Origin: Balanoglossus misakiensis
Lineage: Eukaryota > Animalia > Hemichordata
Length of the DNA stretch: 64,000 nucleotides
Reading direction: 5' to 3'
NCBI GenBank assembly: GCA_040954595.2
Contig: CM082582.2
Location: 4,696,303-4,760,302, forward strand
Made by a program: the position numbers and the translations under genes. Below are positions 55,701 through 64,000 of the stretch, piece by piece. Under the pieces are notes generated by a model. That model searched no databases, had not been told where the DNA came from, and saw only the letters and a list, made by a program, of their open reading frames with translations. Each line of letters begins with the position of its first letter. The stretch's first letter is position 1.

Positions 55701-56757
55701 AGCCAAAAGATGCCACGTCTGCTTTGTCAACCCGTTTAGAAAACTATAAAATCCCTGTATGATAACAATACAAAATTCAAAGTACATTTACCTCCTGTCA
55801 AAGTTATCTTGTGTGTTGTGAGTGAATCTTAGTATGCCGGGTGCAGTTCAATATCAATATCCAGATAGATAATGTCCCAATAATACAAAGAGTCTGGTCA
55901 CATGTAGTGTTGTAAATATTGATATCGATCAAAACTGATGATTTGTGGAATATTGTAGTCAAACTGGGGTAAAATTCTTATCCACGAAAACTAAGCAGAC
56001 ATTCAAAAATTGTAGAAGTGACATCAATGAAGATCCAGGTCACAGGTATTACTTGAAATAGATGACGTTCTGTTCATTGTGAGATCTCGCGAGACTTTGT
56101 TGATTACCGGAGCAACGGGTTGCCAGCCAAGTAATACAAGCCAAGCTTTGTACTGTAGAATAGGTAGAGAATTGTGAAAATGTAACCTTTGTTCTTTTTA
56201 ACACGACGGACCAATTGTTTAATTGTCCTGTTTCAGGTGAGAATTTACCAGAGTACATCTCATTTCGAAGGATGGCTCCAAAAATTCCCTCTATTTGTTG
56301 GAGATGGTACCAGCATGGGGTACCAACATGCACAAGGCTATTACCAACAGTAGAATCGTGATTGATATCAGTGTTTTCAACATTACATTATGCATAAGCA
56401 AAGTTTACATGATCGCATTTCTCGATGGTAATTACAGGACGTGGCGCCAGATTTCTTTCATGTGAATATACTATGAACTTCATTTCATTTCTCCATTAGG
56501 TCTTAGGATGTATGGAGGGACAGCTGGCACCATGGGTATTCCATTTATGCCCTTCTATTCGAGACCATATGGACTCTATCGAAAGAAAGGAACTCGTTAT
56601 ATTTGAGGAGAGGTCAAAGAACCCGGATACCATCGCGGTGCATGGCATAACTCTTGACCAGTTATTTAGGGCAGATGACGCTTTAAAGCGGATTGTCCAT
56701 GCCCAGACATGCTATCCCTTGAAGTCTGACAAGGTAGGGACTGAAACAGAAATGTGA
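52746..56757 (+). CDS. Paralogue 3: N-terminal exons only, followed by a LINE; no macro/RING/DTC exons
   Basis: Exons 52746-52905, 54085-54140, 54819-55079, 56500 to about 56733 homologous to paralogues 1/2 and in frame. Confidence 0.65.
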
Positions 56758-59290
56758 CTTTAAAATGGTTTACCAAGTTTCACGTTTTAGGACTATACTA
56801 TGTGAGATCAATTCAAAAACACTTTGATGACATGGTTTCCTTTTCGAGTGTTTTACAGTATAACTTTCCCATTATAGCTTTGACTGAAACTTGGTTACAT
56901 AATGAAATGGATTGTTATCTTTACAAATTACCATATTACTCACTTATCACCTCAAATCGTAAGGTGGTGGAGCTGCTATGTACGTTCATGATTCTGTCTC
57001 ATATACACCTGTCACAGCGCTTGAAATTGCTCACTGTGAGTCGCTATTCATTGAGACGAGCTCGTTGAGAAGGAAACTGATAATTTGTGTTGTCTACAGG
57101 AAGCATAATACCTCAACACATGAATTTCTAGAGAGTTTTGAAAGGTGCCTTGACACCATTTCTTCTATGAACAGGCAGTGTATAGTACTGGGCGATTTTA
57201 ACATCGATTTAGGCTGTACCAACTCTATCAATACTAGCTATCTTTCCCTTCTCAACAGCTATAATTTTGTACAGATGATTGACACGCCATCTCGTAAGAC
57301 TCAAATTTCTAGCACTGTTATTGACCATATCATAACAAACATTAACGATTTCTTCATTGACTGTGGCAGTGTTTTAACTGATATAAGTGATCATTTCCCA
57401 ATATTTGTAACAATCAAGAATTTTGAACATGTTTTGCCAGCAATTCTTCGTACAGATGTGATTTTAGTAATTACAATTGTCAATCTTTCCTTTCTGATCT
57501 GAGGAATGTTTCCTGGCAGCCGGTTAACAACTGAACCGATCCGAATGATGCATATACATGTACTACATTTTATAACATATTTCGTAATATTAGCAAACAG
57601 CGTGTTCCTGTCAAAAAGTATAAATCGAACGGTAATCATTTGCAAACCATGGTTGTCCAGAGGCCTTCTGAGATCAATCAAAACAAAAAATAAGTTATTT
57701 TCTCGAATGAAAAAATCAAATCAGAATGTTTCCTTCAGGAATGAGTACAATCGGTATCGCAACATTCTGACAAGGTGTCTGAGATTAGCCAAAAAACAGT
57801 ACTATGCCATGAAGTTTAAGTCTGTTGCAGGTAATCCTCGTAAAATCTGGTAAACTGTTTTTTTTCCTGATTCCCTTAAATTTACAAAAAATACCCCAGT
57901 TTATAAGAAAGGTTCTTGTTCTGATGTCAGCAATACTAGTATAGGCCCATTTCCATTCTACCAGTCATAAGTAAAATTGTAGAATCTGTTGTCAAAAAAC
58001 TCATCTCATTTCTCGACAAATTTAGCATTCTCTCTGACACACAGTATGGGTTTCGAAAACTGTATAGTACAAAACTTGCATCAGCAGATCAGATATTATA
58101 GACAGCATGGACCATGGTTTTACTTCACTAGGAATTTTTATTTACTTTAAAAAAGCATTTGACACAATAGACCATAGCATTCTTCTGCACAAACTCTCAC
58201 ACTATGGTATCAGAGGCCTTCCATTTAATTGGTTTACAAGTTATCTTCATAATCGTCATCAGGTGGTTGCCGTTGACAAGAGTATTTCAGAACCAAAGAT
58301 TGTAAAATGTGGAATACCACAAGGTTCTATCCTTGGTCCACTTCTGTTCCTCATTTATATTAATGATATTGTTCAATAAACCAGCACATTAGATTTTAAA
58401 CTTTTTGCAGATGATACAAGTTTGTTTAAATGTACAAGCTGCAATGTCAACTTTAATCAAATTAACAGTGATTTTAAGTTGGTCAAAGATTGGTGTGATG
58501 CCCATAAATTGACCATTAACGCTGGTAAAACTAACTATATGTTATTGAATTCCATTCATAAACCAGCTCGTGTTCAAGGTCAACTAGAAATTGACAGTTC
58601 TTTTGTTGAGAATGTCTCTTCCACTACTTACCTTGGTGTCACCATTGACTGCTCTGAGGTGGAAATCGCACATTGAGAAAGTCAGAAGCACTATCAGCCC
58701 AATTGTTGGAGTTATTTCAAAAATACGTCACTTTGTACCTAAGTCCACCTTGCTTTTACTTTACAACTCCTTAATTTTACCACACTTAATGTATTGTATT
58801 GAAATATGGGGACATGCTTATTATACACCCCTGCAATCACTTTTTCGTCTTCAGAAAAAATTGGTTCGTCTGATTACCTTTTCATGCTACAATGCTCAAT
58901 CAGCCCCTCTGTTTTGGCAACTCAGCATATTGAATGTATATAATCTTTGTAAACTTCAGACTTGTATGTTCATTTATGACCTGGACCATCATCACTAGGC
59001 TCGTCACCTTGATCAGTATTTCCAAGGTGTCTCACCACATACATATCCAACATCATTTAGTACGAACAGGAACTTAAAAATCCCAAAGGTTAACTTGACT
59101 ACTTCTCAGCAGAATTTTAAGTATGCATCTGCAACTCCATTCCACACACTTTAAAGAATACACACTGCAGAAACAGATTTTAAAAAGAGCTCAAAAAATA
59201 TCTGCTACATCTTCAGTGACAACTTTTTTCAATATAGTCATCCCATTGTAATGTACTCCTTCGCAACAAATGCCTTCAACTCACCAGTAT

Positions 59291-59383
<93 letters not shown>

Positions 59384-59591
59384 AGATCATTTATTTACAT
59401 GTGCTGTACAACTGTTTGACATCGTTATAATTAATTTACTCAGAAATATGGGCCATGGACTAGACTAGTTTCCACGAAAATTTTTCCATAGTCCACACTG
59501 GAAATATGTAAACATCTTTCTTCTACATTCAGTGTATTATCTATATTGACATATCTCTGGTGAAATAAAGTTCATTCATTCATTCATTCAT
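56758..59591 (+). mobile_element. Decayed non-LTR retrotransposon (CR1/L2-group LINE), APE endonuclease plus RT
   Basis: ALTETWL, GDFNID, DHIITN, SDHFPI; QYGFRK, KAFDTIDH, GIPQGSILGPLLFLIYIND, LFADDT broken by frameshifts/stops; 3' AATAAA plus (CATT)n tail. Confidence 0.92.
59288..59380. repeat. (ATTT)n microsatellite
   Basis: Direct reading. Confidence 0.95.
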
Positions 59592-59908
59592 AATCACTGT
59601 GTGTGCACCGCGTGATGTATGCCGTATGCCGTGAACCACTAGCCGTAGACACACCATTTGTAAACGCTTCTGTAACTTAAGCTGAAATTTGGTAGGATGA
59701 AGACTTTGGTCAATCCCTCCAGAATGCTGTGAGGATTTTTTGATTCAATCGTTGCAAGTGTCATTTTAGGTGTTTTAACTAAAATTAAGTGTCCTCATTT
59801 GCATGTTGCAAAGCGCAATGTACACTGTAACATGAAAACCGCTGAACGAAATGTGATTCTATCTATTATATCACTTCTCCAGGTAAAGATGTAGCGATCA
59901 TAATATTA

Positions 59909-60035
59909 ATAGAATCTCACACTCCCAAGGACCTGGGATCATATTTCTCACACGAGCCTGCGGCTCGTGTGGGACAAAATATCCCCGACGAGTGTGAGAA
60001 ATAGGATCCAAGGTCCTTGGTGTGTGAGATTCTAT
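59909..60035. repeat. Imperfect hairpin (about 45-bp arms with an inner stem-loop)
   Basis: atagaatctcacac...tatttctcacac versus gtgtgagaaata...gtgtgagattctat. Confidence 0.8.
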
Positions 60036-61252
60036 GTCTCACACGGCCACAAATTAGCCAAATTCGTTAAAAAACATTGATTATATTATATCATGATACC
60101 ATCCGCCATTCTAATTGGACGAGAGCTCAATCCAGCGATGCTGAAATACTCAATAAAACGGGCCCCTGAACTAGCATGCGGCAGCAAAAATGTGCGGTTA
60201 AACCACAGTCGCGTGTGTTTAAACCAAAGAAATAAAATAAAAATACTGTTGAATTAACGGACGTTTTATTTTGAAACTGCTCTGTGGGAATATTTGTCAT
60301 TTTGCCATGCGCGATGCCCGTCTTGTCACTTTTTGGTCGTCTGCTTCATGATTAATGCTCGATCCCGGGCGCTCGTGTTTACATTATCGTCGCCATGGTG
60401 GTTCACGATCGTAATTTCTCTTTCTGGCGCTGATTCATGAATGATACTGATATGCTACAAAATCAATTGTTGATATAAAATAATAGCCCCCGCCTCAGCC
60501 GGGTATACACTCGATTTGGGTACAATTCGAGACATATAGTACGAGCCGTGTATATCCGTCTGCGGCGGGGGTTATTGCTTAAATAAATGACTCTGGAACT
60601 GTCGTCTGGCAATAATGCACATAATACACATCGCGCCATTGGCAAAAGAACGATTTGTCAACCAATTAGCGCTCGCGTCATAAGCAGCTTTTGATTCAGT
60701 GAGAGTGTGTGATCGATTTTGTTCTCACACAGATGACTGTGATCCCACACTCCCAGCGTGCCAGGAGTGTGAGAAAATGGTAGGCGTGGCTTAAAACATT
60801 AATGTGTTTCTATCAGAACGACTTTTAAAACACAGCGTCATCCTATTTCTATTCAGGTGAAGGTTGAAAAAGTGCACACTGGTTCTGTGCGTAGGCTTGA
60901 TGTTCAAGGTGGACCACATGATGCTACGGAAGTTCAAGAAACGACAAAACTGTTTTGGTTACAATGTAGGCTTAACATGTGTAAGTCGGCCTGCTTCGAC
61001 ACTTCGGGAGTTGCGTACTGCGTACATGACCTGTGTCTTCGCGGCGTTACACGGCCTCCACCACAGCCCTGGAAGGGTCCGTAGACAAAACCGGTGCGTC
61101 TGCGGTCCGGACCCGGACCACAGCTTTTCGGCCGAAAAATTGATTTTATCGACGCAAACTCCTTTCCCTGTGTCCTTCTACCTCCTAACCGACTCCAAAT
61201 GCGATGAGGCCGTGTAACGCCGCGAACACACAGACCTGAACGCAGGGCTACT

Positions 61253-61418
61253 CCTTGCTGCAGTTTGCAGCCCCTCCATCTCCCCTGGACGATTTTTGGT
61301 TTTGCGGGGAGAGGGCCCTCTCCCCGCAAAACCAAAAATCGTCCAGGGGAGATGCCCTCTCCCCGCAAAAACCAAAAATCGTCCAGGGGAGATGGAGGGG
61401 CTGCAAACTGCAGCAAGG
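61253..61418. repeat. Palindromic mini-element with an internal duplication
   Basis: ccttgctgcagtttgcagcccctccatctcccctggacgatttttgg... is mirrored by ...ccaaaaatcgtccaggggagatggaggggctgcaaactgcagcaagg. Confidence 0.85.
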
Positions 61419-61461
61419 CTACTCCATGCAAGGCCATGGTTAGTCTTGCTCCAAGTCTATG

Positions 61462-62055
61462 GGGTTAGCCTAATTCAAGATTCACGTTTCAAGTTTCACG
61501 TTCCACGGCCCAAGATTCAGCAGTGAATTTGGATTCACGATTCACTTCACTAAACTTATATTCTGATTCAGATTCGAGTCTTGTCACGTCCTTTCGCCGT
61601 CTACATTGCATTCACTTGATTCAGAATATAGGAATTAGTCCTTTTGCTTTAGTTATCGGTTGTAAAATATACCCGGACCCTAAACCTATCAATTATATCA
61701 GAATTACGCTTAAAAGTTTCTGTGAATACCTGCCGGCCATAAAAATTCATGTGTTAGAAAATAATAAATAGGGTGCATCTCTCTTTGAAACTGAACTTGA
61801 AGAGATACCCGACAATGACGTCACGCGATAATCGAACAGAATATTTGGGGAACCTTGCTTGGGCAGGGATCGAGGACAATAAACAATCGTACGCACCCCT
61901 GGTTACGGCAGCATAAACATATTAGACAAGACTCGAATCTGAATCAGAATATAAGTTTAGTGAAGTGAATCGTGAATCCAAATTCACTGCTGAATCTTGG
62001 GCCGTGGAACGTGAAACGTGAAACTTGAAACGTGAATCTTGAATTAGGCTAACCC
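61462..62055. mobile_element. Mutator-like (MULE) MITE
   Basis: About 125-bp TIRs gggttagcctaattcaagattcacg...; 9-bp TSD aagtctatg at 61453-61461 and 62056-62064. Confidence 0.9.
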
Positions 62056-62643
62056 AAGTCTATGGGCTTCATTATGTGTAGGGAACGCGTAGGCCCATAG
62101 CTCAGTCCCAAATCCGTGACTAGTGGGCTAGTCTAGGCCATGGTTGAAACGACCCTCAAGTAAGACGGCCGAGACAAGGTAGTATGTCTGGCGGAAGGAA
62201 GAGTTCAAAAAAGAGGGCGAATTTTAACATGCATATACATGTAATTACTGTGCTATTGTTTATACGTGTTCTGTGCGCAAGGCAGCGCGACTTTGCATTG
62301 CACGTTTAAAGATACAACAAACAAATGATACAAAACCAAAACATCAATTGTAGTGTCAGTGATCAATATTCTAAACTTCCAAAAATGGGGAACTCATTTT
62401 GCAAAAAATGATGAAATGCTGCATAATTTCTGGTTGAAATTCACGCATTACTTTATCCTTCAAACCATGTCCGTGGCTTTTCTTCCGGCCTTCAAATAAA
62501 CTTTTATGACACTATAACGGCTTTTTAATCAAAATTGCATGACCCTTTGGTCTAACATCATTCACAGTGAAACACAAAAGCACATAAAGACAATCCATTG
62601 CAGTGTGATGTCACATCTGAATTAATATTGTATCTATATGCAG

Positions 62644-64000
62644 GTGTTCCTCTGCCCTCAGTCTGGAGAAAAATGGCACCGAATGAACAGGTGGCGAGGG
62701 TTGTCCTTGACGACAAGTCTAACGAATATGACACTGTGGAGAAACATTTCAAACAAACTCTAGCTTCCTACTCGTTGAAGAATATCGTTCAGGTAGGATG
62801 ACTTCGTGGAAGTTTGTGACAGCTATGTGTGTGCGTGAAATGGGTCACCGCTGTTAACATCAATATGGAAATATCAGTATCAGTTGTCTTTTATTGTACC
62901 TGGATTCTGGTAGAAAACGTATTGGGTGTTGCCGTTCATTCGTATTCGTTAATGTTTAGTGGAACTAAATTGTTTGTACAAGTTTGGTACTTTGTTCTGT
63001 TTTTCTATTGAGCTTACTTCAGACATGAACACAATGTGTATAGTTTTAGATATTCAATACCTGTAAATAAATGTTCATCCATATTTAAGGTTAATATTAG
63101 CCTAAAAACGAAGTGATAAAACACAATATGTTTTAACAAAATGACGGTGTCTTAACTTGTTATATATTAACTTACAGATTGTACGCATTCAAAATCCAAG
63201 ATTGTATCGTCAGTATGTGGTTTTGAAGCAAGACATGGATTTAAAAAACCCACCAGGAACACAAAATGAGAAGATATTATACCATGGCACTTGCCCAGAC
63301 TCTGTCTCAAAAATAAATGCTGGTGGATTCAATAGAAGTTTTGCAGGAAAAAATGGTAATCGTTTTTTTTCTTCTTTTTTTACATGATGCGCACAGCCAA
63401 AAATTCGTTTGATCATGTGTACAATATTAGAACTGAATTGTTGGGTTGAACCAATCAATAATGGTGAAGTTAATTTGTGCGCTTTTTACAATAAGTCTTA
63501 CATGACAAAAATGCAAATTGTACTGTAGCAGAACTCGGTGACCCCTTATTATGTCATATACATGCAGAAGTTGTTTTAGCTCACGCGTTTAGTTTTTCTT
63601 AGTATTGATCGTGATGACAAAGGAAATGGAGCTATATATATTTATTATACCCCACGATATAGCACAAATAACTATATATGCACTCTCCTGCGGCTTGTGC
63701 ATATTGATTTTAGCATGTGTTCAACATGGACTGTTTATCTCGTTTGCATGTCACCAGTGAAATTATGCCAGTTTTATTTTTCTGGCAACAACAATATAAT
63801 CATCAATACGTGCAAATATGTGTGTTTCTTCATTTTCAGCAACATCATTTGGAGAAGGAAGCTACTTTGCTGTGAATGCGCGATATTCAGCAAGCGAAAC
63901 ATATTCAAAGCCAGATGAAAATGACAAGAAATACATGTACCAGGCAAAAGTCCTAACAGGAGAGTATACAAAAGGGGCTAAGGGCATGAAGGTACCACCA
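62644..64000 (+). CDS. PARP catalytic domain exons (PARP10/14/15-like mono-ADP-ribosyltransferase), continues past the window
   Basis: Exons 62644-62792, 63178-63355, 63840 onward: LPSVW, RIQNPRLY, NEKILYHGT, GFNRSFAGKNATSFGEGSYFA, KYMYQAKVLTGEY. Confidence 0.9.

Noticed and set aside
60864-61771. Cluster of short ORFs on both strands
   Set aside because: They arise from palindromic MITE sequence; only the 60857-60980 exon candidate is kept as a hypothesis

Overview
The window joins two different compartments. (1) About 1-34.55 kb is a gene-dense, apparently intact segment of a large eukaryotic DNA virus of the HK97-capsid lineage (Duplodnaviria; best fit mirusvirus-like or distantly herpes-like). 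It carries a 1155-aa putative major capsid protein, two putative triplex proteins, a delta-like family-B DNA polymerase with unusual catalytic motifs, RNR small subunit, an OTU deubiquitinase and a MARCH-type E3 ligase. It also carries a captured, N-terminally truncated (p25-like) CDK5 activator flanked by a 42-bp direct repeat and an 18-nt tRNA-Trp primer-binding site, and a spliced, divergent histone H3-like gene missing from the ORF track. At least three viral genes have short GT-AG introns. (2) About 34.7-64 kb is intron-rich, AT-rich animal (probably marine invertebrate) genomic DNA. It holds a tandem cluster of three paralogues of a Macro-RING-Deltex (PARP9/DTX3L-like fusion) gene with kappaB and ISRE-like promoter motifs, PARP14/15-like catalytic exons, a decayed LINE, a foldback satellite element and several MITEs. 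A host Harbinger-type MITE inside the viral part shares sub-repeats with the host part, arguing for a genuine endogenous virus inserted directly upstream of a likely antiviral locus. All family assignments are from motif recognition by eye; no searches were run.
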